A stretch of 64,000 nucleotides of DNA from Felis catus (lineage: Eukaryota), in NCBI RefSeq assembly GCF_018350175.1, contig NC_058368.1, positions 66,776,001 to 66,840,000 on the forward strand, written 5' to 3'. Shown here piece by piece: positions 50,601-63,226 of this stretch (position 1 is its first letter; each line of letters begins with the position of its first letter). Under the pieces are notes generated by a model. The model was not told the DNA's origin. It did no database searches and saw only the letters and a program-made list of their open reading frames with translations. The translations under genes and the position numbers were made by a program.

Positions 50601-51419
50601 CTTAAGAGAGAAGGGGAAGGAGGCTGACTTGGGGGGTTATGGTAGTTTGGGGATGGGGCAAGTGTTCCACTTGTAATGTGACTTCTTGCCAGCACCAAAG
50701 GAGAGTGCACCCATACTGTCTTATCAGCTTTTCCAGATGTGGAAGAGAGAGATAGAAGGAGTGAGATTTAAAGGCTGCCAGCAGTCAAACAAAACATGGA
50801 GTCAAATTCTATCACAGTGGTGATGCTCGTTTACTAGGCATAGTCCTTGGAATCCACGATCTCAATGCTGTCACCGAATTCTAGAAGGGCTTAACACATA
50901 CATTCTCTTCTTTTCATCTACTGACCAAACTGTGTCTTTACCCAAAAGTTTATAACCCCCTTAGTATTCTTGCAAACTCTGTCTCAGAACGGTTCCCCGG
51001 AAGTGAGTTCCAAGAGTCCAAATTGTCTCTGTTTTCCAATTCTTCTTCACTGCAGGGCCATTGTTCAAGTGACCTGGCTCTAATGCTAGGGTTTGTAATC
51101 AGTCCTCGGTGCGGATAGTGATGTACCGTACAAGGATCCTCAGCAATCCCAAACCAGCCCCAACATGTATCAGGACGATTCAGTCCACAAACTTAGGAAT
51201 GCATTGAATTTTATTTTCTCTCTAAGCTTAATTTTTATTTTAAGTCCTCGTTTCGTGAGAGTGGTAGAGACCTAACGTCAGTCAATTGGGGTCTCCCTCC
51301 CCTTTCCCAAGAGCTACAGCTAAGCTCTCAGAGGTTTACATTATACCCAGCCATTGGGTCTTTATGAAGTATACTTCGATATACTCAGCAAAGCTATTGC
51401 TGAAACATTATTTAACATG

Positions 51420-51641
51420 TTTTTAAAAATTTTTTTTTAATTTTTATTTACTTTTGAGAGAGACAGAGACAGAATGCGAGTGGGTTAGGGGCAGAGAGAG
51501 AGGGAGACACAGAATCCGAAGCAGGCTCCAGGCTCTGAGCTGTCAGCACAGAGCCCGACGCGGGGCTCGAACTCACGGACCGTGAGATCGTGACCTGAGC
51601 CGAAGTCGGACGCTTAACCGACTGAGCCACCCAGGCGCCCC
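51420..51641 (-). mobile_element. Young CAN-SINE
   Basis: Near-consensus, CpG-rich; TSD TATTTAACAT. Confidence 0.97.
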
Positions 51642-51864
51642 TATTTAACATATTTTATGTAATAACTAACATTTGTCTATGCTTTCATGTCATATGCACT
51701 TTCTCACTTAATCTTCTTGATGTACACGGCTGAGGGAACTAGTCTTTCCCAAACATTTTATCATACAAAACGGAAAGAGCTTATTCTAAAGTGTTGTCCT
51801 TTCTCTTTGTGCTTTGAAATTTTAGAACCAAATTTGCCATTTAATTAGTGAAAGAATTTTGTTC

Positions 51865-51972
51865 CACTAGAATGTAATCCCCATGTGATCCGGGTCATAC
51901 ATCTTTTTGTCCCTGATGCCAAACCCGTTGTCTGGAACGTGAGGTGATCAATAAATATTTGTAGAATAAAGG
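51865..51972 (+). mobile_element. L2 3' end
   Basis: ccactagaatgtaatccccatg...tcaataaatatttgtagaataaa. Confidence 0.7.
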
Positions 51973-52247
51973 GATATACATTTCCTGGCTGTGGTAAAAT
52001 TGTCGTACTCTTGCCATTTCTGTTTTACATTATATACGTCTTATTGTGCATCGCTTCCAATCCATTTTTTGGAATTAGATGGGAAATAAGGAAGAAGGGA
52101 AATGAGAAAATAATGCAAGAGGGGAAAGTAGGGAATAGAAGGTAATGTGAAGATGCTGTCTCGGCGGTGCCCCTAGTTGACAACTTAACACTTCTCTTTT
52201 CTCCCTCTGCCCCTTTGGTAGCTACACCTTTTTCTACTAATGCATTT

Positions 52248-52465
52248 TTTTAAATTTTTTTTAACATTTATTTATTTTTGAGACAGAGAGAGACAGAGCA
52301 TGAACAGGGGAGGAGCAGAGAGAGAGGGAGACACAGAATCCGAAACAGGCTCCAGGCTCTGAGCTGTCAGCACGGAGCCCGACGCAGGGCTCGAACTCAC
52401 GGACCGTGAGATCGTGACCTGAGCCGAAGTCGGACGCTTAACCGACCGAGCCACCCAGGCGCCCC
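52248..52465 (-). mobile_element. Young CAN-SINE
   Basis: Near-consensus; TSD CTACTAATGCATTT at 52234-52247 and 52467-52480. Confidence 0.97.
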
Positions 52466-53924
52466 ACTACTAATGCATTTAAAAAAAAAAATAACAAATG
52501 CATTGAGTATTTCGGATATGCAAAACAAGTCAAAAATAGTTCCAGACAGAACAGGGGATTTCTCTATCCATCCACAGACTATTAACCGGGCTACTGTCAC
52601 TGAGTGGTACAAAAGTGACATATAACGGGGATATAGAAACATGGCTAGGAGATCTGGAAATGAAGAACCTCACAAGTGCTTTCTGTCTACTTCTTGGTAG
52701 GACAAATGTGCAAACAACATGGTGACAGACGTATGTATAGGGTAGAGTGAGACTACAAAGGGATTGTGACATCAAGATTAGGTGAGCCGAATCCTGAAAT
52801 GTGACTAGGTGCTTGCCAGGTAATGAAGGCTAGAGGACGGCGCGAGAGAGAATTCTAGAGAAAGTTAGGTTTCTTTCCACACTCTTCTAAAGCAAAGAAC
52901 ATTTGCAAGTTTTAAACTCACGCGCAAGGCTGATTGCCTTAAAGCAAGAATTATTTACATTTAATTTAGTTTTGTGTTACCTAATGGTACACTTAGATTT
53001 GGGGGAGACCAAATCTTTTGGCCAACAGATTCCTTCTGAAACCATGTAAGAAAGACCCAAACATCTAAAGAGATGGTTTCCTTTTGGGAAATCTCCAGGT
53101 TGTACTCCCAGTGCTTTGAATCCAGCCAACAATGAGAAATCTCCTTTTTAAAATTAAGTCATTAAAAGTTGGATAGCGTTACTATTGAAAAATATTCTTT
53201 ATGAAGAAGTTGATTTCTTTGAAATAATATTCATTCCCCTTGGGGAAACACCCTCAACCAATGAAAATATTTTTATAGCAAATAATCTATTGCTTTAAGT
53301 TCATTTAAATTGATATGATAATCTGTTTCAATTCCTGTGGCAAATTTCTATGTGGAAAGAATTTTAATTAAAATAAAAGTAATACATGCATATGACTAAA
53401 AAAAAAGTGAATAGTAGAAATAGCTTATAGTGGAAAAATAGTTCCTTGACCAACTCTCCCCACCCCAGCTACCTCCCAGCATGGTGAGGGGGAGGGGGGC
53501 CAAACAGTCCCTACTTTCAATTCTTTACCATTCAAGCAGATTTGGCTTCACTTAAACCCCTACTCTCCTTGTTTTACTAGCACCATGTTTTGTTTTTTCT
53601 GTTTGCCTTTGTAAATTACCAAATATGCTTCAACTCACATTCTCATTCTGTCAACCGGAGACAGTACGTCTGAACTCCCAGGCGTGTAAGGTGAGAATAT
53701 CAGATCCCCTATGCTTCTCCCCAGCTCTCCTCCCCAACGTTTACTTCCCAATTTCCGTTAGTCACACTATGTTTTTCAAAATCAAAATGGCCAAAAAAAA
53801 AAAAACAAGGTCAGTACGTGAATAGTATTCACTGCAGATTCAAGTGTTGCGATATAACTGTATTTCCTTCTCTATAGTTCTGAAGTGATGACCCCCATTC
53901 CACTGTCAAAATGGAATCATCTTT

Positions 53925-54155
53925 TTCTGTTTTTAATTTTTTTTCAATGTTTATTTATTTTTGAGAGACACAGAGACAGAGACAGAGCATGAGGGGGGGG
54001 GGGGAGGAACAGAAAGAGAGGTGGACACAGAATCCGAAGCAGGTTTCAGGCTCTGAGCTGTCAGCACAGAGCCGGACGCAGGGCTCGAACCCACAAACTG
54101 TGACATAATGACCTGAGCCGAAGTCAGACGCTTAACTGAGCCAGCCAAGTGCCCC
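53925..54155 (-). mobile_element. CAN-SINE
   Basis: Antisense body with an internal G run; TSD AAT(G/A)GAATCATCTTT. Confidence 0.94.
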
Positions 54156-55937
54156 CAGAATAGAATCATCTTTATTAAATTCCATTATTTATTGAAAAGT
54201 TTGCTATAGTCCTATTTGCTTTGGAGTCCCATCAGGCTTTGCACAGCTTTTTGATTTTCCATGAGATTCTGACTGACTCTTGTTTCTAGTTGAGAGAAGA
54301 ATCACATCCATTCATAAAATATTCTTAATATTTTTCAAGTTTTTTACTCATTCTATCCATTACTTGAATTCAATTTTATTCTCTTTTGTTTTTGTTTTTT
54401 TGTTTGTTTGGTTGGGTTGTTTTTTGTTTCTTTTTTTTTTTCTTTTTACAAATCAACTCATTTTCTTTGCTAGTCAGGACCCATTCCTTCAAATTGGAAC
54501 CATTGCTTGCTTATATGTTTTTTTTTTTCTCCCCTGAAATTTTCAGTGTCATTTTATCTCTTGCATTCTGTACCTTCAGTAAATCTTCAAGCTCTTCCAA
54601 AGTCTCAATTTATCTGCCATCCAATGGAATCCCTTCATCCCCTAGACCTTCTTCAGGGAAGCCTTCATCCACCTGCATGAGTCTGGATTGATTACTTTCT
54701 AAGCCTCTTGCATGACTGTCTTCCTGGAACTTCCTTTCTTTGCTTTTCTGGATTAGTCTACAGTTGCCTGCACCCATGTCTTCTTTTTTTGGGTTTACTC
54801 TCTCATTTTACTGGACTATATCCTCAAATAATTTCCCAAAGAGGAGTGTATGAAAAATAAATCGCAAGTTTTTATGGGTCTGCTCTCCTCTGGCTGGATA
54901 CATAAATCCATTAAAATGCATTTTTTCTTTGAAGGCACTGCCCATGGTCTCTGAGCCTCCAGACTGCTGATAAGTCTGATGATAGTTTAATTGTTGGTTT
55001 TTTGTAAGGAGTCTATTTCGTTCTCACTAGAACTTTTAAATATATGCTATTATTCTTCCCGTCCTGCAATTTTATAATGATTGTTTAAGTGTGGGAATTT
55101 TTTAAGCAGCCTATTTAGTACTCAGTAGTCCCTTTCAATTTGAAGATTTGTGTCTCTCTTAGCTCCAGGAAATTTCTCTGATTTGTCGTTATTATTGTTT
55201 TGCTAATTTCCTCACCTCCAATTTATCTGTACTTCCTTTTTTTGGAACTCTTATTAGCTGTATGTCGGCTCCTCAGAATTAGTGCCCCATATCCTTATTC
55301 TTTCTCTCACATTTCTTGTTTCAGAATTTGGTTTTACCTTTTTTCTTCTTCGATTTTTTTGTTCTCCAAGTGTCCTTCAAATGTCCAGTCAGTATTTTTA
55401 TTTCAACACTCAAGAGTTTAATTCTCAAGACCTCTCTGTTTCTTTTTATGACACGTTGCCTTGTTTTCTGAGTGCATTTCTCTTCTGTTTTCTTCTGATC
55501 AGTTTTTCTGTTTATCTTCGGCTTGTTAAACCTCTTTCAAATGTCTAGCGATTCTTGATTGACTTCATTTTTAAAAATGAGGCCATGGGAAGGTTTGTGG
55601 GGATTTGATGTGGATGGGCAGTGTTTGTCAGCTGGGGGACTTCTCGAGGAAAGTGAATACATACCAATAATTAATTCCCTGCAAATCACCCCTCTCACAA
55701 CGGCCCTCTTTTGTAAATGCTTCACTCAGGTATGACGTCGCCCCAAGATTCTACCAGGTTGGTTCCTCTCTCTTTGCTGTTATGTCTTCCATGTATGTTG
55801 CGGACAGCAGCCTCCTCTGCGTTAAGTCTTGGTCGGTATTTTCCACTCTTTCGCCCAGAAATATTTTCAATCTTTCATCCACTTAGGAGCCCCTTCAGTT
55901 TCTCTTCATTGCTTGGGATTACACTCTTAAATTTCTT

Positions 55938-56135
55938 GAGGCACCTGGGTAGCTCAGTCAGTTAAGTGTCTGACTCTTGGTTTTGGTTCGGAACTCACAA
56001 CTCATGAGTTCAAGTCCTGCATCGGGCTCTGTGCTGACAGCTCAGAGCCTGCCTGGGATTCTCTGTCTCCCTCTCGCTCTCTGCCCCTCCCCCACTTTCT
56101 CTCTCTCTCTCTCAAAAATAAATAAACATTTAAAT
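55938..56135 (+). mobile_element. CAN-SINE
   Basis: gaggcacctgggtagctcagtcag head, body and AATAAA tail. Confidence 0.9.
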
Positions 56136-56275
56136 TCTTAAACATTTCTTTAATTTATTGGGATCTGGGAGTGGGAGCAGAAATACATGTGTTAAGTTCA
56201 AAATCTTCTACTAAAATCATTAAAAATGTTCACTGGTACACATCTTGAGTGTGGAGTGATTTAAAAATGGAATTT

Positions 56276-56523
56276 GGGGTGTGCCTGGGTGGCTCAGTCG
56301 GTTGAGCGTCCGACTTCAGCTCAGGTCACGATCTCATGGTCTGTGAGTTCGAGCCCCGCGTCGGGCTCTGGGCTGATGGCTCAGAGCCTGGAGCCTGCTT
56401 CCGATTCTGTGTCTCCCTCTCTCTCTGCCCCTCCCCCGTTCATGCTCTGTCTCTCTCTGTCTTAAAAATAAATAAAAACGTTAAAAAAAAATTAAAAAAA
56501 AAATAAAATAAAAAAAATAAAAA
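56276..56523 (+). mobile_element. Young CAN-SINE
   Basis: Near-consensus (ctgggctgatggctcagag type), long A tail; TSD TAAAAATGGAATTTGGGGT. Confidence 0.97.
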
Positions 56524-56574
56524 TAAAAATGGAATTTGGGGTTCTTTTCATATTTGTTTCATTTGCTTCAGAAT

Positions 56575-57055
56575 ATATCAGTTAGAAATGTCTTCGGCCA
56601 TAAGTAACAAAAATCCAGTTAACGGTGGAGGGCTATTTTTTGTCCATGAACAGAAGTTTGGAAGTAGACAATTGAAGACGCTTGTTCATCTTCTAACTGA
56701 TGTTCTGAGGAAACCAGACTCTGTGCCTTTCTGTTTTACCCTCTGTAGGATGCGGGCTTTTCTCTTCATGCTTGTCACCTGAGGCAATGGCTCCTACAGC
56801 TCTGGACACCGCATTAACAATTGAGGCAAGAAAAAGCTAGACTTCTCACCCTTTCCTCATCAGATATCCACTCACTCCTAGTTGGACAAGACTGTGTCAT
56901 GTGGCCACTCGTATCTTCTCAGGATCTGGGAAATGGAAACATGTCCCTTAATTGGGGGACACATCAACAATTGGGGCACAAAAAAATAATTTGTTTCCCA
57001 AATAAAATTGCAGTTAATGGACGTCCAGTAGGTATTAGATAAGCTGCCCCTCGTA
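56575..57055 (-). mobile_element. Old MLT1 (J/K-like) LTR
   Basis: tcagttagaaatg...ataagtaacaaaaatcca...caatggctcctacagctc...gtgtcatgtggccac...ctgggaaatg. Confidence 0.65.
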
Positions 57056-57481
57056 CCTGTAGCAGGAAGCAAAATATGACTTATTTTTTTTAAGTAACAT
57101 GTTGAAAAAAAACCTGCACGATCAAATGCAAAATCTAAGATGTAAGGGATCACCATTAAAATTCCAAGAGTATACATGCAAATAATATATGACACAACTT
57201 TAAGCATCTTTAAGTCAAGTTTCTTGCAGTGTGGAAAACATCTGGCAATCCAAAGTACAGTGTGAAAATTTGTGATTAAAATATATCTGGGTGATCCTCG
57301 AACTGTGCAATGGTCATTGATGAACCACACACTTCTACCTCTTTATGCAGTCAAAAAAGAACGTTTTCTGCAAGAGAAATGGTTTCAATGTTTCTTAAAG
57401 CTTGCTATCCCCATATAGCCCGGCACTCATTGTACAGGGTTAGGACTCCCACCAGGTGAATACAGGGTTCATGACCATTAA

Positions 57482-57707
57482 TTTTTTTTTTAATTTTTTT
57501 TCAATGTTTTTTATTTATTTTTGGGACAGAGAGAGACAGAGCATGAACGGGGGAGGGGCAGAGAGAGAGGGAGACACAGAATCGGAAACAGGCTCCAGGC
57601 TCTGAGCCATCAGCCCAGAGCCTGACGCGGGGCTCGAACTCACGGACCGCGAGATCGTGACCTGGCTGAAGTCGGACGCTTAACTGACTGCGCCACCCAG
57701 GCGCCCC
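57482..57707 (-). mobile_element. Young CAN-SINE
   Basis: Near-consensus; TSD GACCA(T/C)-type with a T run. Confidence 0.97.
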
Positions 57708-57934
57708 GACCATCAATTTTTTTTAAGGAAGGAAAGGTTAAAATGAAATCCAGGAATTCTCAACTTACAAATGCCTGGTGTGTTAAATATTGTTTTATGT
57801 ACGAACCCACAAATGTCTGTCTCAGCCAAGGCCTTATTGTTTTGCAGTATCTGCCACAACACGTATGCATAGCACTCTGATGCCCTCTCCAGCAAGCTGC
57901 TTTTCCACTTAAAAAGAGTTTAGAGAACATTTAA

Positions 57935-58375
57935 TTTCAGAAGGGTTTTTCTGCATGTGACCTAAACCCAAAGTAACAGTGGCTTAAACAAAATAGAACT
58001 TTATTTCTCCAATATGAAGAACCCCAGAGGTAGGAAGTCCAGGGCTAGTAAAGCAATTTTGTAAAGTTGGCATGGTCCCAGACTCCTTGTGTGTACTCCT
58101 TTACTCAAACCTGTTGCTTTCCCCTGATGGTCCAAAATGGCTGCTTGAGCTCCAGCCATCACAACCACATTCTAGACAGCAGAAAGAAGTAAGGAACCCT
58201 TTAAAAGCACCTATTGTAAGTGATACTTCTATAAGCCATTGGCTCAACACGTGGCCACACTTAGACGCAAAGGAGGTTGGGAAAAATGGTCCTGATTCCA
58301 TGTGGCCAGTTAAAAACCAGGTACTTTGTTACCAAGAAAGAACAGATATTGGGGACAACTAACCATTTTTGTCAG
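57935..58375 (-). mobile_element. MLT1J-like LTR
   Basis: taacagtggcttaaacaaaatag...aaaatggctgcttgagctccagccatcac...gcaaaggaggttgggaaa...gatattggggacaacta. Confidence 0.8.
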
Positions 58376-58399
58376 AATAGGGAAGTGACCATACCTAAC

Positions 58400-58532
58400 A
58401 AGGCTTTCTACTCTATTGCACATAATGTGCCAGGCCCTGTCTGGAGTGTTCAGCATATATTCACTCATTTCTCATAACATCTCTGAGAAGTACAAGTTTT
58501 TACAGCTGAGAAAATGAGATGCACAGAGATTC
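58400..58532 (-). mobile_element. MIR fragment
   Basis: atgtgccaggccctgt...ttttacagctgagaaaatgagatgcacagag. Confidence 0.65.
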
Positions 58533-60407
58533 TTTTGTTTGATACCCTCCACACAGCCTAACGCAGCAACTCGTACCCTGAAGCATTTAATTAATGCTTT
58601 TTGGTGACCTTGACTGACAGGGAAAATGCACAGGTCTCTAAGAAGCTGATTTAAAACCTGGTACTTTGGGTAATTATGTTTGCAAAGGGTTCTAAATTAT
58701 TGATGTTTATTTTCTAAGATTCTGTGCCGAGAAGCATGCATTGTGAAGCTGTGTGCTGGGACCAAGAGCCCTCATGATTAGACTTGTTGGCTAAAGATCC
58801 CAAAGGGGCTGGAGTCTCCAGCTGATGCTTTAAATTGCCGGGCCTTGGAGGCGGTGGGAGGGGCGGGAGTGGGAAGGGGCAGCAAGTCCTGACTTTGTGT
58901 GCTGTTGAACTGTGAGTGGTCTCAGCGACCTTGGGCCATGGCTCTAGAACCAGGAAAGACCTGAATTTGGAAGCAGAGTAGGGAAGGATGCCTAAGAACT
59001 GTCCGTGCCAGCTCGTCTGGTGGACGTCTGCTTGTTACCATCCTTTTTGCATTAGTGTTTTCCTGGTATTTCCTAGGAGGGGTGGGGTCCTTTTAAGTCC
59101 TGGAAATATAATATGACAAACGGTCTATCGTCACTACAGCCATCTGACCAAGAAACATATATGCAGAATCCACATTTCTAAAAAGCACTGTCATAGATTT
59201 TATTCATTTTCTAATTGCCGTGTCTACAAGTTATTCTTGCTACAGCTTTCGCGTTACACGATTACAGGTCGTGAGGCCTTTCAGATTATTTTGCTGTGTG
59301 AGCTTTTTAATATTTCAGGTAAACCATAGACTGTAATGTTTATGGCCGTTTCTTCGTCCTGTAGGACATCTGCCACATAAAACATCAGGGAGGAAAGTCT
59401 GAAAGATTTTTATGTGCGGACCTTTTTGTATCTTTCCTAAAAATATATTTCCCCTCTTAGCAACAAAGGAACTTTGGCTATAGAAAGCTTTGTGCTGTGT
59501 TATAACTTTCATATTACCCTGTCCACGGCCATTTTTCTTTGGCTGCATGGTGTATATCATTCGTTGCAAGTTTACTTCATTCCCCTGGATTCATAGCTGA
59601 TGCTCTGTGGACCATAAAATTTCAGCTGCAAAACCAGCACATCTCATTATTTCTGAAATATCAAGCTTGTATCTTCTTGATAAATAATTCCTACTCGTAT
59701 AATGTATCAGACTAAAACATATTTTCTGAGGCCAGTGAGGTTAAAGCGGCAATCTCACCTTTTTTAATTTTTTTGCCCTGAAGACAGTGATTTCCATATA
59801 TAGAGTGACCCCGGTTTGTGTTGAACATGAGGAGTGAGGATGGAACGTGAAACGACACATATTGCTGTCAGAGATTTGAAATGAGGCCTGCTAACCTGTA
59901 GGCAGCCTTCCAAACTAATCAGCCCCTCGCAGCGCCAATGCATTCAGATAGCTGCATACCTTTGCCAGCCACGGGCTGGGAAGGTCCCCCTTCCTTCCTG
60001 CTGCTTCTCCCCCTTTTTTTTTTTTTAATCACAGCCATTGACAAACATTACATTTTAATGCAATTCTTCCTTCTTTCTCCCGGGCTGCCAAAGAAGGGGA
60101 GAAAGTGGGCCCTCTCTCAGACACTGGTCTCACCTGGTTTCCCTGCTGCTTGAAACGTGGGTGTGACTGTTTGGATTTGCTGCTGAACGTGTCATCAGGG
60201 CCTCAGTCATCGGGGCTTACCCAGGTGATAACATTTTCACTCTTTCGGTTGACAACAGTCAACGCTCTGGAATTCAGCCACTTTACTAAAGTTGGCTGCC
60301 TCTTCTAGCCCAAGAAAGTTTTTAAAGATCATGTCACCGCCCTGCGTTTTGTTTGTTGTACGTTGTAGGGCGGTAACACTGGGGAGGGGAAGAGGGTTTC
60401 TTTTTAA

Positions 60408-60624
60408 AATTTTCTTTTCAACGTTTTTTATTTATTTTTGGGACAGAGAGAGACAGAGCATGAACGGGGGAGGGGCAGAGAGAGAGGGAGACACAGAATC
60501 GGAAACAGGCTCCAGGCTCCGAGCCATCAGCCCAGAGCCCGACGCGGGGCTCGAACTCCCGGACCGCGAGATCGTGACCCGGCTGAAGTCGGACGCTTAA
60601 CCGACTGCGCCACCCAGGCGCCCC
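60408..60624 (-). mobile_element. Very young CAN-SINE
   Basis: CpG-rich consensus-like body; perfect 17-bp TSD AGAGGGTTTCTTTTTAA at 60391-60407 and 60625-60641. Confidence 0.98.
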
Positions 60625-60779
60625 AGAGGGTTTCTTTTTAATGAATGATTTGTTTTCTGCTTCCTGAAGTCCTCTCTCTTAGTGTCTGCTTCAGAAATAA
60701 GGAAATCTGTCGAAGCCTTGCCGAAAAAAAAAATCTTTCTGTCCCAGGTCTGCAGCTGAATGATGGTAGACTGTAAAAC

Positions 60780-60863
60780 GTATATATTTATTTATTATAT
60801 TTATATACTTACATATATTAATTTAACATATGTATATATCTGCTATATATATACATGTATGTA

Positions 60864-60895
<32 letters not shown>
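60780..60895. repeat. TA-rich low complexity plus (CA)14
   Basis: Visible; the CA run is at 60868-60895. Confidence 0.9.
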
Positions 60896-60897
<2 letters not shown>

Positions 60898-61359
60898 AAC
60901 GCAACTCACGTGACCTACAAGAAGTCATTTCAACTGTCAGTTATTCCCCTACCTGTTGGAGCTGCCCTTCTGGTAGCTGTTAACAATGCCAAGAAGTCCC
61001 GTGATTGTCCGCTCTGGTGAGAGCTTATTTTCTTCGCTGAAACTATAAGTGGTAACGACCACAGCAGTGGTTCCAACGCGTGGCCTTGAGCCCTTGGTGG
61101 ACCACGAATTACTTCAGGTGGTCTTTGCATCCCTACGCACATCAACCCTTCTCAGGAGACTGAAGCAGCAGCATTCACGCACATAAGGGCTGTTTGTAAA
61201 AACCATGTAAATGCTATTGTAATGATGAAAATTCTAAGATCCATTTGACAGTATTACTGAATTTATGGTATCTATGTGATTATATATTTTCACCATTAAA
61301 AGTACAATTATCTTTCAAAAAAGAGATCTGATATTTTTTCCCTTGAAAAAAACAACCTC

Positions 61360-61596
61360 GGGGCGCCTGGGTGGCTCAGTCGGTTAGGAGTCTGACTTCG
61401 GCTCAGGGCGTGATCTCACACTTTGTGGGTTTGAGCCCCGAATCGGGCTCTGTCCTGACAGCTCAGAGCCTGGAGCCTGCTTCGGATTCTGTGTGTCCCT
61501 CTCTTTCTGCTCCTTCCCTGCTCATGCTCTGTCTCCCTCTCTCTTAGAAATAAATAAATATTTTTAAAATCTTAAAAAAAAAAAGAAAAAAAAAGG
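61360..61596 (+). mobile_element. CAN-SINE
   Basis: Full body; TSD AAAAAACAACCTC. Confidence 0.96.
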
Positions 61597-62062
61597 AAAA
61601 AACAACCTCATACCAAAAAAATCTCCAAAACCAGGCAACCAACGAAGACAGTGGGTTACCTGGACCCATATAGACAGAGGAACGACCTGCAGGTAGCAGG
61701 GACTAGAGTCAGAAGACAACTATAACCAGCTGACAAAAACTTACTTTGACGTTTGACTCCTGGGGCCTCCATGGAGTGAAGGTCACATCACAGGCACCCC
61801 CAGTAGAGCCAAAGAGTCAGGTGACCAAATCATCCAATAAATAACGCCTTCTTCTAGCTAGAACCTAGGCAGCCATATTTTCTTGACTGACTGCCGTTGT
61901 ACAGGTCAACAAAAATACATCAGCTTGTTGAAGAGGAATTTAGATTAGTACTTTTCAGGCTTAAATATGAAGACACTTCTTTTAAGGGGAAAACTATATC
62001 ATCAACGGTTGACTTAAAGTTTGACTAATAATATTACTTAAAAATATGCAAGCATATAACTA

Positions 62063-62224
62063 GGGGCCCCTGGATGGCTTAGTCAGTTAAGCATCTGACT
62101 TAATTTGGGCTCAGGTCATGATCTCGGGGTTCATGGGATAGAGCCCCAGTCTTTCAGCACAGACCCTGCTTGGGATTCTCTCTCTCTCTTTCTGCCCCTC
62201 CCCTGGTCATGCATGCACTTGAGT

Positions 62225-62255
<31 letters not shown>

Positions 62256-62285
62256 AAATAAACAGAAAATTAAAAAAAAAAAAAA
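62063..62285 (+). mobile_element. CAN-SINE (older, internally deleted)
   Basis: Head, shortened body, (CT)n and A tail. Confidence 0.9.
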
Positions 62286-62566
62286 CATAACTTCCTAATG
62301 CTAATGGTCTCATTATAAGTCAAATATAATAAAAAATTTTAAATTCCAATTAGCAACATCAAAACAAGATGCTATTTTGCTGAAAAGATTATTGCAACCT
62401 TGTAATATGTAAGATATGCTGATTGCCACAACACAGACTCTTTTTTAAAATTTGGCATATAATGCCTGCCGTGTGCTAGGTGACAATATAATTCTTCTAC
62501 CATTTTTATCTTTCTTAGCTATTTTAATTTTACAGTATATTTGATTATCATTGAAAAGAAACATCT

Positions 62567-62689
62567 GGGGCACCTGGGTGGCTCAGTTAGTTGAACGTCT
62601 GACTCTTAATTTGGGCTCAGGTCATGATCCCAGCATCATGGGATTGAGCCCCTTGTTGGGCTCCTTGCTGAGCATGAAGCCTGCTTAAG

Positions 62690-62736
<47 letters not shown>

Positions 62737-62878
62737 GTCTCTCTCTCTGTCCCTCTGCCCCTCTACCCCTGGTCATGCTCTGTCTCTCTCTGGAAAAGAA
62801 AAGAAAAGAAAAGAAAAGAAAAGAAAAGAAAAGAAAAGAAAAGAAAAGAAAAGAAAAGAAAAGAAAAGAAAAGAAAAG
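62567..62878 (+). mobile_element. CAN-SINE with (CT)n and a (GAAAA)17 tail
   Basis: Head GGGGCACCTGGGTGGCTCAG; perfect GAAAA array at 62793-62877. Confidence 0.94.
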
Positions 62879-63226
62879 ATCAAACTATAAAACTGTTACG
62901 CAGAATGCCCAACAATAAGGAAAGAAACATAGGCAGCATCCTGAACAAATGGTTTAGGCAGGATGGCGTCCAACATAGCAACATCCTTTTTAAAAAAAAT
63001 GCACGGTTAGAGATACAGTGACAGAATTCAGCCAACAATACCTAAAAGTCAGTCAGAGCAAATCAACCTTTAAAATAAAGATGACTGAAGACATCTTTTT
63101 CTGGGTAGGACTTAGGACTTTGTAATAATTTGATGAAACACTTTTCTAAATAATCACTTCTCATATTTACCAGTCACTTGCTCAGATATTTTGCTTTTTT
63201 TTTTTAATTTGAAACTAAGATATCGT

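Larger units (their letters stand above)
53370..56215 (-). mobile_element. HAL1 (half-L1) remnant, interrupted by two SINEs
   Basis: Antisense HAL1-like motifs (gggtttactctctcattttactggactatatcctc...aagaggagtgtatg; gaaggcactgcccatggtct; gtccctttcaatttgaagatttgtgtc). Confidence 0.7.
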
